Virus record (IMG/VR): IMGVR_UViG_3300033273_000307
Span: 1-53,202 of that record
Strand: one strand, 5' to 3'
Source: a virus
Taxonomy: Duplodnaviria > Caudoviricetes
Length of the DNA: 53,202 nucleotides
Shown: positions 6,237 through 16,698 of the stretch, in pieces
Numbering within the stretch: position 1 is the stretch's first letter
Layout of the letters: every line of letters begins with the position of its first letter
Position numbers and translations under genes: made by a program
The notes under the pieces: model-generated
Told to the model about the DNA's origin: nothing
The model's input: only the letters and a program-made list of their open reading frames with translations
The model's database searches: none

Positions 6237-9200
6237 ATGCCTGCTGTAAAGACTAAGAGAATTTCTGCTCTGATTGAGTCCCAGCTTCCAGAATTCATTT
6301 CTTCCGAATACGAACTATTCAGCAAGTTTGTATCGAAGTATTATGAAGCACAGGAAGTTCAGGGTGGTCCCTTGGATATTCTTAGTAATATTCAAAAGTA
6401 TGCTGATATTAGTTACTACGAGAAAAATCTTCTGAAGCAGAACGATGTTCTTGCTGTTGGCATTAATGAGTCATCTTCTTTCATTACTCTTGGGGACGCA
6501 ACTTCATTTCCAAAGAAAAATGGTTATGTAAGAATTGATGATGAGATCATCTTTTATGAAAGAAGAACAGATACAGAACTACAGAACTGTTTTAGAGGTG
6601 TTAGTGGTAACACATCTCTAGGTGATCTATACGAAGCAAGTAATTTTAAGACTACAGAGTCTGCATCTCACAGTGCAGGGCAGAGGGTTTACAACGTTAG
6701 TAACCTTTTCCTGTATGCACTTGTTAGAAATTTCGAAAGTCAGTATCTAGCAGGATTTCCTCAAAAGTATTTGAGGGGTGAGGTAGATAAGAGAACTCTA
6801 ATCAAGAACATCTCTAAGTTCTACAGAGCAAAAGGAACTACAAGTTCCATCAAGTTTATCTTTAATACTATTGTTACTTCTGATGCTGAGAATAAGCCAG
6901 AAGTATACAAACCAAAAGATTTTACATACAAGGCATCCAACGCTGATTGGATCAGTGTATACGCTGTAAAAGCGAAAGTTATCAGTGGTGATCCTAAGAG
7001 TCTCATTGGACTCAAAGTAGAGCAAGTTGCTACCACTGAATATGGATACGCTTCTGCTACCGTAGATAACGTTTATGCTGACGGTACATCAGATGGTGAG
7101 CAAATCTACAACATTGTCCTAGCACCAGAGACGGTCAATGGCAAATTTGCTGTATCTACAAAGACTAAACTAAGACAAACTCTTGCAGGAACTGCTTCTA
7201 CTGGAGATAGGATCAACGTAGAATCTACAGTTGGTTGGGAAGCACCTGGATCAGTAACTATTGGAACTGAGATTATTAGTTTCAAAGAAAAAACCATAAC
7301 TCAGTTTATTATTGAAAGCAGGCAACCATCTGGTGCTGTAGTTCATTCTGCAAATACACCAGTATACAAACCTGTTCTACTAAAGAGTGGTAATGTATCT
7401 CTGCTATCTCTTGGTGTAGTATATAATCTTCTCCCTAAAGATGGTCAACCATATGCAACACCTGGAGATCAAATCCAAGTTTCGAAACCAGGATTTGAGA
7501 CTGATGATCCAAAAATTATTAAACTAGGAACAAATCAACCACGTTGGTTGTTTGATCAACTGACAAATCCTGTTGCACCGACTCAAACCGAAGTTCAAAC
7601 TGCACTAGAACAAGTATCTACTGATGTCTCTGCTATTTTTGCAGATGATCAATACTATTATATCACATCTTCTAGTTTCCCATCACACAAGATTCTAGAT
7701 GGATCTACTGTCACTCAGACAATTCAAGATCAGAAGTTACTTCGTATCATTAGGAAGCAAGCAAGTAGAACTACTGAAGTATACAAGACTCCAAAAAGAG
7801 ACGTTGGTATTGCAGTAAATGGTGTTCCTTTCTATGGGTTCAGAGATACTAACAGTATTAGATTTGGTAAATTAGAAAAAATTACTGTTGATATTCAAGG
7901 AAGAGGATACAACAAACCACCATTTGTTTTGGTCGATGGTGTACCAAACAAAGCGCGAGCAATCTTGTCTGGACAGGTAGTTGAGAGCATTACTGTAGAC
8001 ACTGATGATGTTTTCCCAAGAACTCCCGAGATTACTATTACTTCTGGTAGAGGAGCAGATGTTAGAGCTGTTGTTACTGATGGAAAAGTAACAAGTCTAG
8101 TTATTGATAATCCTGGTGAGTTCTATTCTTCACCACCTGTTGTTCAGATTAGAGACAGAGCAGGAAGAGGAAGATTTGCTAATTTTGAGGCAATCGTCAA
8201 TACTGATGGCGAAATTACTGGATTTACCAAGATTGAAGAAGGAAACTTCTATAATCAAGATACAGTCATTGTAGACATCATTCCTGCTGGTACTGGTGCT
8301 GTTGGCATTCCAGAACTAAAAGAATGGAACTTTAACAGATACGAAAAACTCAAGGATAGATTCCTTGATACTGAAAATGGATACGTTTTCAAAAATTACA
8401 ATGGTGTTTTGGAATATGGATATGGTTACGTTGCTAACCCCAAAGCACTTCGTGTTGCTCTCAATGACAACATCAACAACGCAGGATCTGAACCTGCTAC
8501 AAAAACTCATTCACCTATTATTGGATTCGCTTATGATGGCAATCCAATCTACGGTCCATTCGGTCATGAGAATCCATTAGATTCTAACTCTTCCATTGTT
8601 AGAATGACTTCTAGTTATGCTATCAATGGTAGTAGAAGAGAAGGACCATCTATTTCCCAATATCCATTGGGATCTTTTGTCAATGACTACACCTATACCC
8701 ATAAGAGTGGTTCACTAGACGAAAACAATGGAAGATTTTGTATTACCCCAGAATTTCCGAAAGGAACTTATGCTTATTTCCTTACTATTGATAGCAATCA
8801 AGTACCGCAATATCCGTACATTCTAGGAGATAAGTTCTATTCACTACCCGTGGATAGTAACTACAATTCAAATATCAACCAAGAAGACATTCCCAAGAAT
8901 TCTAAGAAGTTCTTTACTGCTGGAATGCAAGGCAATGGTTCTGGTCTAATTGCAAATATTGCAGAAGTTAAGTCTGGAACTATTGACAGTATCGATGTAG
9001 TAAGATCTTCAAATAACTTCTCTGTCAATTCAAAACTGTATTTCGAAAACAGAGGAACTGAAGGATCTGAAGTAGAAGCGTTAGTTTCTTCTGTCAAAGG
9101 AAGAGATGTAGAATATATCGAGTCGAAAGAAAACAAAGCAGTAAAACTCACTACTATCCAAAATGCATACTTATTTGTTGATGATACTCTAAATCAACCA

Positions 9201-12200
9201 TCATCTGGTGCATATGGATCTATTGTAGGAACAGTTAAGAGCGATAACGAGATTGTTCTTAGAAATGTAGTTGGAACCTTTGATAATACAGGAACTTTCT
9301 CTGCTACTATCAAAACTTTTACAATTCTATTAGATGAGAGAAGTTCTTACACTCAAGGTGCTATTCTTAGTCTCACTGATGGTGTGAACGCACCTGTTGC
9401 TAAAGGTGAAGTTCTAGAAGGAACCAGTGGTCAGAATTTGGTAAAAATCAAGGTTACGGAGGGAACCTGGGTAGTCAACGATGACTACTTCATTCAATCT
9501 AGTGATCTATTCAATACTTCTGGTACTAAGGTTGTTCGTCTAACATCTACTAGTGATGGACTAGAACCATTTGAAGTCAACCAAAGCGTCGCACTCATCG
9601 AGACATCTGATAACCATGGTCTAGGTGTTGGTGATAGAGTCAAGATCGATGTAAACCCAGACGATGCTCTCAAGACAAAAACATACTATCTCAGAAAGAG
9701 ACTATATCAAGAAGCAACTCTAGTCCCACCTGAGAATAATACAAAGATTGAATTCACAGGAATCGGTCGCTATGAAATTCTTAATGGTGGTGCTGATTAT
9801 ACAGCTGGCACTTACACTAATGTTGCTCTTACTGGTGGATCTGGATCTGGAGCAACTGCTACCTTTACGGTATCTGATGCAGGTGTAGTTTCTTCTATTC
9901 AATTCCAAAACCTAGGTTCTGGATATGCAAGAGGAGATTATCTTACTGTCGCAGATGAATCTCTTGTCAGATCTGGTGGATCCGTATCTACTGCTAGATT
10001 TACTCTATATGTTGGACATGCAGGCATTTCTTCTTCTGCTACACGTCTAGTAGTACAAAGTGCTATTGGATATGCTGTAGGAGATCAGATCCAAGTTGGT
10101 GCAGAGGTAATGAGAATTGGATCTATTATTGATGGAGATCTGATCGTAGAAAGAGCACAAGAAGGAACTAAAGCAGTAGATCACTTTGATGGTCAGGTTG
10201 TCTCTCTATACAAACCAAGATACAACTTTGCAACTAATTTCCAGATCTTCTCTACAGGAACTTCTGGTTACATCCAGTCTTACGATCCAGATACTCAAAA
10301 AATTATCATTACTTATGACTATTCAACTCTGAAGTCTAATGCTGATGAAGTTGTCTTGAGTTCTAGTTTCTTTGATTCTAGCGATCCACAAAGATTGGTA
10401 TCTGTTCAGTCTGCAACAGAACTAGAATATAAGTTTGAATTCTCAGAAGACAACGTAACGTTTGTTCCTAATCCAAATATTGCTCTACAAGAGTTCTATA
10501 AGTATAAGTTTGATACGTCTCATTCTAGTCTCACTGGAACTTACTTTGATGTAAGTCCCAGCAGAAACTATAATGTCATTACGCAAGAGAAGTTTGAATC
10601 GACTATCTTACCTGGAAACCCTGGTGCATTTACAGATCTTAAGTTTGGTTTTGGTTCTAGGTTGTCTGATAATGATTATCAAACTAAGAGAGGAACTGAT
10701 TTTACAAACTTCTATTATTTTGATAGAAAGAATGTAGTTTTCTCTGGTGGCGCGTATTTCAATATTATAACAGATCCTCTTCAGGGTGACAAGACCGTAA
10801 TTTATGTAACTCCAAATAGATTTGTTTATGATGTTCCATCCACACCACTATGGGACGGTTCTGGAACTATCACATACACTACGACTGGTCAGTTTGCAGT
10901 TGGAAGAATCAATTCTACTTCTCTAATCAACCTAGGTCTAAACTACAAGAAAGTCCCTACAATTATTGGTGTAGAACCAAATACCAATTTCAGAGCAAAA
11001 GCAACTGTTTTGTTTGATAATGACAGTCAGACTATTGTAGGTATCCGTATTGATGATAAAGGATCAAATTATGTCAATCCAAGAGTCGTAATTACTAAGG
11101 GTGATGGAGTAGACGCTACATTTAATATTGTAGCAAGAGAAGGAGAAATTTTCTCGGTAGTTGTTGATAACCCTGGAAGAGGATATACATTTGCTCCAGA
11201 AGTCGAAATTATTGAAAGTGATATCGAACTCTATGCAGAAAGTACAACTGTTGGTGTTCCTCAGAGTGTTAGCATTGTAAACAATGGCGGAGCATTCCAT
11301 TTAGATAGTACAGTATCACCAGACTTTACTTCCAAGTATGTTGTATCTCTAACCAACATTGTAGGCAATTTTAGAATTGGTGAGAGAGTTGAGCAGGTCA
11401 TAGATGGTAATGTAGTTTTCCGTGCAGTTGTTTCTGAATGGAGACCTGGGTCAAACCTATTGAAGATTGAAAAAGCAGAAAACATCCTAAGACAAGGTAT
11501 TGCGCTAACAGCACAGCAAGGAGTCTCTGGTATTGTTAAGTCTATTTTTGTTACCGAGTTTGATTCTGTAATCTCTAGTTTCTATGATAATCTAGGTTAC
11601 TACAACTCTGATCGTGGTAAACTGGGTGTATCTAACCAGAAGATTACTGATAGTTTCTTCTATCAAGATTATTCTTATGTTGTAAAATCCAGAACACCCA
11701 TTGAACAATGGCGTGATCTAATCAAGAGCACTACTCACCCTGCTGGATTCAAACTGTTTGGTCAAGTAGACATTGAAGCAACTGCTGCAGCAGAAATGCC
11801 AGTAGAGATGCCAAAAGCATCCCACTTTAGTGTCATTCAACTTTGGGATCCAAATAAGAACAAGATTACTGTAGAAAGTACAAAGAGAGTAGTTACTCAA
11901 GTAGTTCAGAAAGTAGAAAATCAAAGAATCAGAAAGGCACAGGGATCTGCTGCTACATCTGAATTCTTATTTAATGAACTTCGTGCATTTGAAATTACAT
12001 TGAATGGTGCCTTTGACGGTTACTATGATAATGATGGAAGATTGCAGGGAACTACAAGTTTCCAAATGCTAGATAATCAAGGCAATGCATTCTTCCCTGC
12101 AAACTTCAATGCTACTGCAAACAATTTGATTATATCTTTGGATGGTGTTCTACAAGAACCTGGAGTTGCATTTACTGTTAGTGGAGATCAAATTGTATTC

Positions 12201-15200
12201 TCTGCTCCTCCACTTGGACCCAACCAAAAACAGACTGGCGAAGGACAGACTGATGTTACTTCATATGAAGGTGTTACTTTCTATGGGAAGTATATTGCAT
12301 TCAAGGACAGTCAGTATAACGATAGATATTTCAAAAAGATTAGAAACATTTATCAAAGAAATGGTAGATGGATTGATGCTGCTAACCAGATTGAAAGAAA
12401 TATTGACTTCATCATTGAAGAGTCTATTGGATATGGACAAGCAACTCATCCCACATTAGATTGGGCAACTAAAAAAGACGATTACCAAAAAGATATCCGT
12501 GAACTATTAAAAGGATATGAACACGATCTAAGGTTTGGTGGTAATGTAAAAACATATGATTTTGTTGATAATTTCTCTGAAAGCACTGATTATGACTACA
12601 TCACAAACAACAAAACCAAATCACTTGATATCTTTAGTTACACTACTAGACTAGCAAAACTAGCAATTCGTAATTGGGACTATGTTGATACTAATGTATC
12701 TTACATTCTAGGATCTACCACAGTTACTGTTACCGATAGTAGCAATCTTGCTGTTGGTATGTACATCAGTTCTGGCAGAGCATATCCAGAGGGAACTAAA
12801 ATTGTATCTATTGATAGTGCTACACAGGTAACACTTTCCAGAGCGGCAATCGCTAACTCTGGTGGTGGCGGTGGTGCTGCACAAGGAGTCACTAATGTAG
12901 ATGGTACAACTGGTAATGGAGTTGGTGCAACAAATACAATTGCTGTCCAACCAGGAGATACATTCCAAGTAGAAGAAGGTGCTACTTATGTTGTGCCAAT
13001 TTCTTTCTCTGGAAGTGACCAGGCAACATTCTACTGGAGTGGAATCAACAATGGAGCATATTACGATGCATCTAATCTAATTTCTTCCAACAAAAACTAT
13101 ATTATCGAAGAAGCACTTGGTTGGGCACAAGCAACATATCCTGGTCTCAACTGGGGAACTATCTCCACCAAGTGTGGTAGAGATTTGGGTTACATGCTTG
13201 ATGCATACATCTATCACTTAAAATGGGGTGGTAATGAAAGACTGGTAGAATTTGGACAACTATACTACAAGTCTGCTAAGTATCCAGATTCCGAAGAACT
13301 TTTACACATCGATGATGAACTAACTGAAACTATTGCAACTTTCAATTATGCTAAGGATCTTATGATTCTAGCAATGAGAAATGCATTGCCATCTGGAACA
13401 TACACTTCTACTGCTCCAGTAATTGATAGCACTGTTCTCACTGATACTCAGTTTCCACTTTGCATTGAAGTAGAATCTACTCTACAAACATATCATGAAA
13501 TTATCAATACTATTTTGACAGAGGGTAAAGGACTAGTCGCAAAGACAAGTCAAAATCCAAATAAAAGAGGTAATTGGAGCACCTCTCTAACATATAGTAA
13601 CATCAATATTATTGGTGATCCTCTACTTCTTGCAAGTGAGTGTAATGATGTTATTTCTTCTGTTGATAGTCTCTATACAAACGTAGAAGAGTTACTCAAT
13701 GATAACCCTGCTACAAGAACACTACCCGATTATGTTGACGGTGAAAATAAAGAATTTGAACTGTATTGGGAAGATGGAACAGAAGTTAATGTAGAGGAAG
13801 ATGAAGATCTATTCCTCACTCTAAATGCTGTTTTACAGAGACCTAAGTTTACAGCAAACTTCCCACAAGAAGATGCATATTATATTGACAGAACTGTAAT
13901 TCCAAACGTATTGAAGTTCGATGTTGCTCCTATTTGGGATCAAGACTTTAGTGCAAAGACTGTTGGGGAACCAACAGCAGTAGAAAAAGTTGTTGGTATT
14001 GGAGTTGGTAATTATAAGAGACTTACCATCGATTACAATCTAGTTGATGGTATCCGCAGTGGTCCATTCCTAATTCTAGATGTAGAAGATAATACTGTAC
14101 AGAGCATTGAAGCAGAAGACAATATGTATGTCTTCCTTGATGGTGTTCTTCAACGTAAAGGATTTTCGTACACTGTTGCTGGTCCAAACATCTACTTCAA
14201 TGTTCCTATTAAAAAGGAAATGAAGATTGACATCCGTTATCTGTACGGAAGAGATGTTGGACAAATTCTAAACATCTATGATTTTGCTCCAGATACCTAC
14301 TTCTCCAGAGGTACACTGGAAATTCCTGGTATACCATTAGCTATCAGACAAGCATTCTCTTCGTTTGCATGGATGGGTGATAAGATTGGACAACCAATTC
14401 ACCTCTGGCAGCAAAGAGCGAATGGCACATACAACGTCATTGCAGAACTTGGAAACTTTAGTATTAATGGATCCAATTTCAACTTTGACATCAAATCTCA
14501 GAAAGCATCTTTTGAAGAGAATTTAGATTATGTGTTTGCTGTCAAAGGAGCATATGATCGTACATTTACCATTGCACATGGCGATGTAGGAACACCAGTA
14601 TTGATTTATGACACAGATGATTTAGGCAGAAATCTATTAAGAGATGATAGTCAGATTTGGGCTGGAACTATTCTAAGAAAAACATTCAAAACTCCATTCG
14701 TATCTTTGTCCAATGATGACAAGATTCGAGTTGAGGGTGAGGATGTATTCAGAAAGGTCAAACTTCTTCCTAGTGTTACAACTAGCACAGAAGGTAGAGA
14801 TGGAGAGCAGGTTACTAATAGCAACTTTGGATCTGTCTCAATCGAGACCTACACTGGAATCACTCGTGGCGAGGGTCTGAGTGTTATTGCTACAATTGAA
14901 AATGGAAGTGTTGTATCACTATCCTGGAACCAACGTAGTTATGACCCACTAACACAACCAACTGCATATCAATATTATACACCACCTGTACTTAATTTCA
15001 TTCCTAAGAATGGACAAGGTGGTGGTGCTAGTGCAAAAGTTCTAGTAAGTAAAGGTCAAGTTGTTAGTGTTGAACTAATAAGTGGTGGATCTGGATACAC
15101 AGAAGCGCCACAGGTAGTTGTAGCAAGAAGATTTGAAGTTCTAACGGAAAGAGACATTGGTGTCTCTCTAATCAATGTCCGCATGAATCCTTATGTCGAA

Positions 15201-16640
15201 GGTTTTGGCATGTCTGCCATCTCCACAATCGACACTATTAGCGATGCTGGTTTAAACGCTATTGATACCGTTTCTAGTGTAACATTTGGTCCACTAACAG
15301 ACGCAAGGATCAAGATTGAGAGAGAACTTACTCCAGATGAAATTGAAGTATTCTCGATTGGTGGACCACTTGATCCACAAAGAGATAAAGTAGAAATCTT
15401 TAGTTCTACCGATACTTCTGCTGATGATGTTCAAATTATTGATGTATTCCCAGAAGTAACAGTTGTCTCTGCACAAATGCAGAGAGTTGTTTCTGCTACT
15501 ACTATTAGTGTTGACAGACAAATCACCACTACAGTACAAAATCTCATTCCTAATGATGCACTATCTAACATCAACTACTTTGAAGTTGGTGCATACTTGG
15601 ATGTTGACTTTGATTCTACTGACACAATTGCATTCATTCCAGACACTTACAAGTTCTACCCACAAGGTTACTTGTTAGTTGGTAATGAAGTAGTTTACTA
15701 CAACCGCAAACTTGATGATCGTTTCCTTTACATTCTTCGTGGTGAAAATAATACTACTGCACAAAACTGGCCAGCTGGAACGTTCTTAAGACAAATTCCT
15801 GCACCTGTTTCTGTATCCTCTGCTGCGATTGTTGCAATCGAATCTGAAAGCAAAATTACTACAGTCAATGTAGGAGCAACTGCTAAGGTTGAAAGAGTAA
15901 CTCAAATACAAATTACTTCTCCAACGTCCTCTGTAACTAAGGATGCACTTGAGATTGTAATTACTCCACCCCCAGGAGGTGCAGTTGACGGATATGAAGA
16001 ATCTGCATTTATTGCAGATCCTGTTATCAAGAGAGATGGTTCTTCCGTTGATCTTATTGATGTTGGTGGATTATATTTTGTTACCAAACGAAATCTAACA
16101 GAAGTACAAGTTACAAACTCTGTATTTGGCGCTGATCAAGAATATGTTGGCAAGTATGAGAAAACAAATGCTGGACATGTCATCTCATTCTTTAATGGAA
16201 TCTTTGATGATGGTGCATGTGGAGTATCTGGTATCACTATTAATGAGTTTAGCACATACTTCCCCGCATTCACTCTTGCAGACTTTATCGAAAGAGGAAA
16301 CTCCAGTTACACCAAGGCAGGTCCTAGATTCAACTTGTTACCTCCTTCAATTCAAAATCCAGCAACAATTGTCACATCTTCGGATGCAATCACTGGTGGA
16401 ACGTATGGTGGAACGGCAACAACTCTTTCCGTTACCAGCACAGAATTCTTCCCAAGTTCTGGATATCTCTTCTTAGCAACTTCATTGGTTGGTGTTGGTG
16501 GTTGTGTTGTTTCTTACACAGGCAAGACAGCGACTACGTTTACAGGATGTGCAGTTGTTAGAGAACATGAAGTCTTAGGATCAAATGGAGGACTAGTTGT
16601 TGCGAGCGACACTAATGTTGTTCCGCATGTTCTTTCCTAA
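6237..16640 (+). CDS. gp7: Giant baseplate wedge initiator gp7-like structural protein (3467 aa)
   Basis: Between gp6 and gp8; N-terminal QLPEFI...FYRAKGT, and DSFFYQDYSYVVKS...HPAGFKLFG motifs; internal YHYH-like and phycobiliprotein-like segments. Confidence 0.82.
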   Translation: MPAVKTKRISALIESQLPEFISSEYELFSKFVSKYYEAQEVQGGPLDILSNIQKYADISYYEKNLLKQNDVLAVGINESSSFITLGDATSFPKKNGYVRIDDEIIFYERRTDTELQNCFRGVSGNTSLGDLYEASNFKTTESASHSAGQRVYNVSNLFLYALVRNFESQYLAGFPQKYLRGEVDKRTLIKNISKFYRAKGTTSSIKFIFNTIVTSDAENKPEVYKPKDFTYKASNADWISVYAVKAKVISGDPKSLIGLKVEQVATTEYGYASATVDNVYADGTSDGEQIYNIVLAPETVNGKFAVSTKTKLRQTLAGTASTGDRINVESTVGWEAPGSVTIGTEIISFKEKTITQFIIESRQPSGAVVHSANTPVYKPVLLKSGNVSLLSLGVVYNLLPKDGQPYATPGDQIQVSKPGFETDDPKIIKLGTNQPRWLFDQLTNPVAPTQTEVQTALEQVSTDVSAIFADDQYYYITSSSFPSHKILDGSTVTQTIQDQKLLRIIRKQASRTTEVYKTPKRDVGIAVNGVPFYGFRDTNSIRFGKLEKITVDIQGRGYNKPPFVLVDGVPNKARAILSGQVVESITVDTDDVFPRTPEITITSGRGADVRAVVTDGKVTSLVIDNPGEFYSSPPVVQIRDRAGRGRFANFEAIVNTDGEITGFTKIEEGNFYNQDTVIVDIIPAGTGAVGIPELKEWNFNRYEKLKDRFLDTENGYVFKNYNGVLEYGYGYVANPKALRVALNDNINNAGSEPATKTHSPIIGFAYDGNPIYGPFGHENPLDSNSSIVRMTSSYAINGSRREGPSISQYPLGSFVNDYTYTHKSGSLDENNGRFCITPEFPKGTYAYFLTIDSNQVPQYPYILGDKFYSLPVDSNYNSNINQEDIPKNSKKFFTAGMQGNGSGLIANIAEVKSGTIDSIDVVRSSNNFSVNSKLYFENRGTEGSEVEALVSSVKGRDVEYIESKENKAVKLTTIQNAYLFVDDTLNQPSSGAYGSIVGTVKSDNEIVLRNVVGTFDNTGTFSATIKTFTILLDERSSYTQGAILSLTDGVNAPVAKGEVLEGTSGQNLVKIKVTEGTWVVNDDYFIQSSDLFNTSGTKVVRLTSTSDGLEPFEVNQSVALIETSDNHGLGVGDRVKIDVNPDDALKTKTYYLRKRLYQEATLVPPENNTKIEFTGIGRYEILNGGADYTAGTYTNVALTGGSGSGATATFTVSDAGVVSSIQFQNLGSGYARGDYLTVADESLVRSGGSVSTARFTLYVGHAGISSSATRLVVQSAIGYAVGDQIQVGAEVMRIGSIIDGDLIVERAQEGTKAVDHFDGQVVSLYKPRYNFATNFQIFSTGTSGYIQSYDPDTQKIIITYDYSTLKSNADEVVLSSSFFDSSDPQRLVSVQSATELEYKFEFSEDNVTFVPNPNIALQEFYKYKFDTSHSSLTGTYFDVSPSRNYNVITQEKFESTILPGNPGAFTDLKFGFGSRLSDNDYQTKRGTDFTNFYYFDRKNVVFSGGAYFNIITDPLQGDKTVIYVTPNRFVYDVPSTPLWDGSGTITYTTTGQFAVGRINSTSLINLGLNYKKVPTIIGVEPNTNFRAKATVLFDNDSQTIVGIRIDDKGSNYVNPRVVITKGDGVDATFNIVAREGEIFSVVVDNPGRGYTFAPEVEIIESDIELYAESTTVGVPQSVSIVNNGGAFHLDSTVSPDFTSKYVVSLTNIVGNFRIGERVEQVIDGNVVFRAVVSEWRPGSNLLKIEKAENILRQGIALTAQQGVSGIVKSIFVTEFDSVISSFYDNLGYYNSDRGKLGVSNQKITDSFFYQDYSYVVKSRTPIEQWRDLIKSTTHPAGFKLFGQVDIEATAAAEMPVEMPKASHFSVIQLWDPNKNKITVESTKRVVTQVVQKVENQRIRKAQGSAATSEFLFNELRAFEITLNGAFDGYYDNDGRLQGTTSFQMLDNQGNAFFPANFNATANNLIISLDGVLQEPGVAFTVSGDQIVFSAPPLGPNQKQTGEGQTDVTSYEGVTFYGKYIAFKDSQYNDRYFKKIRNIYQRNGRWIDAANQIERNIDFIIEESIGYGQATHPTLDWATKKDDYQKDIRELLKGYEHDLRFGGNVKTYDFVDNFSESTDYDYITNNKTKSLDIFSYTTRLAKLAIRNWDYVDTNVSYILGSTTVTVTDSSNLAVGMYISSGRAYPEGTKIVSIDSATQVTLSRAAIANSGGGGGAAQGVTNVDGTTGNGVGATNTIAVQPGDTFQVEEGATYVVPISFSGSDQATFYWSGINNGAYYDASNLISSNKNYIIEEALGWAQATYPGLNWGTISTKCGRDLGYMLDAYIYHLKWGGNERLVEFGQLYYKSAKYPDSEELLHIDDELTETIATFNYAKDLMILAMRNALPSGTYTSTAPVIDSTVLTDTQFPLCIEVESTLQTYHEIINTILTEGKGLVAKTSQNPNKRGNWSTSLTYSNINIIGDPLLLASECNDVISSVDSLYTNVEELLNDNPATRTLPDYVDGENKEFELYWEDGTEVNVEEDEDLFLTLNAVLQRPKFTANFPQEDAYYIDRTVIPNVLKFDVAPIWDQDFSAKTVGEPTAVEKVVGIGVGNYKRLTIDYNLVDGIRSGPFLILDVEDNTVQSIEAEDNMYVFLDGVLQRKGFSYTVAGPNIYFNVPIKKEMKIDIRYLYGRDVGQILNIYDFAPDTYFSRGTLEIPGIPLAIRQAFSSFAWMGDKIGQPIHLWQQRANGTYNVIAELGNFSINGSNFNFDIKSQKASFEENLDYVFAVKGAYDRTFTIAHGDVGTPVLIYDTDDLGRNLLRDDSQIWAGTILRKTFKTPFVSLSNDDKIRVEGEDVFRKVKLLPSVTTSTEGRDGEQVTNSNFGSVSIETYTGITRGEGLSVIATIENGSVVSLSWNQRSYDPLTQPTAYQYYTPPVLNFIPKNGQGGGASAKVLVSKGQVVSVELISGGSGYTEAPQVVVARRFEVLTERDIGVSLINVRMNPYVEGFGMSAISTIDTISDAGLNAIDTVSSVTFGPLTDARIKIERELTPDEIEVFSIGGPLDPQRDKVEIFSSTDTSADDVQIIDVFPEVTVVSAQMQRVVSATTISVDRQITTTVQNLIPNDALSNINYFEVGAYLDVDFDSTDTIAFIPDTYKFYPQGYLLVGNEVVYYNRKLDDRFLYILRGENNTTAQNWPAGTFLRQIPAPVSVSSAAIVAIESESKITTVNVGATAKVERVTQIQITSPTSSVTKDALEIVITPPPGGAVDGYEESAFIADPVIKRDGSSVDLIDVGGLYFVTKRNLTEVQVTNSVFGADQEYVGKYEKTNAGHVISFFNGIFDDGACGVSGITINEFSTYFPAFTLADFIERGNSSYTKAGPRFNLLPPSIQNPATIVTSSDAITGGTYGGTATTLSVTSTEFFPSSGYLFLATSLVGVGGCVVSYTGKTATTFTGCAVVREHEVLGSNGGLVVASDTNVVPHVLS

Positions 16641-16647
16641 ATATCGG

Positions 16648-16661
16648 TATAAATATAAATA
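16648..16661 (+). promoter_or_regulatory. Tandem overlapping T4 late promoters
   Basis: TATAAATATAAATA (two TATAAATA) upstream of gp8. Confidence 0.8.
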
Positions 16662-16698
16662 ACTCAGGCACAAACTACAACGTCGGACAAAGAAACCC

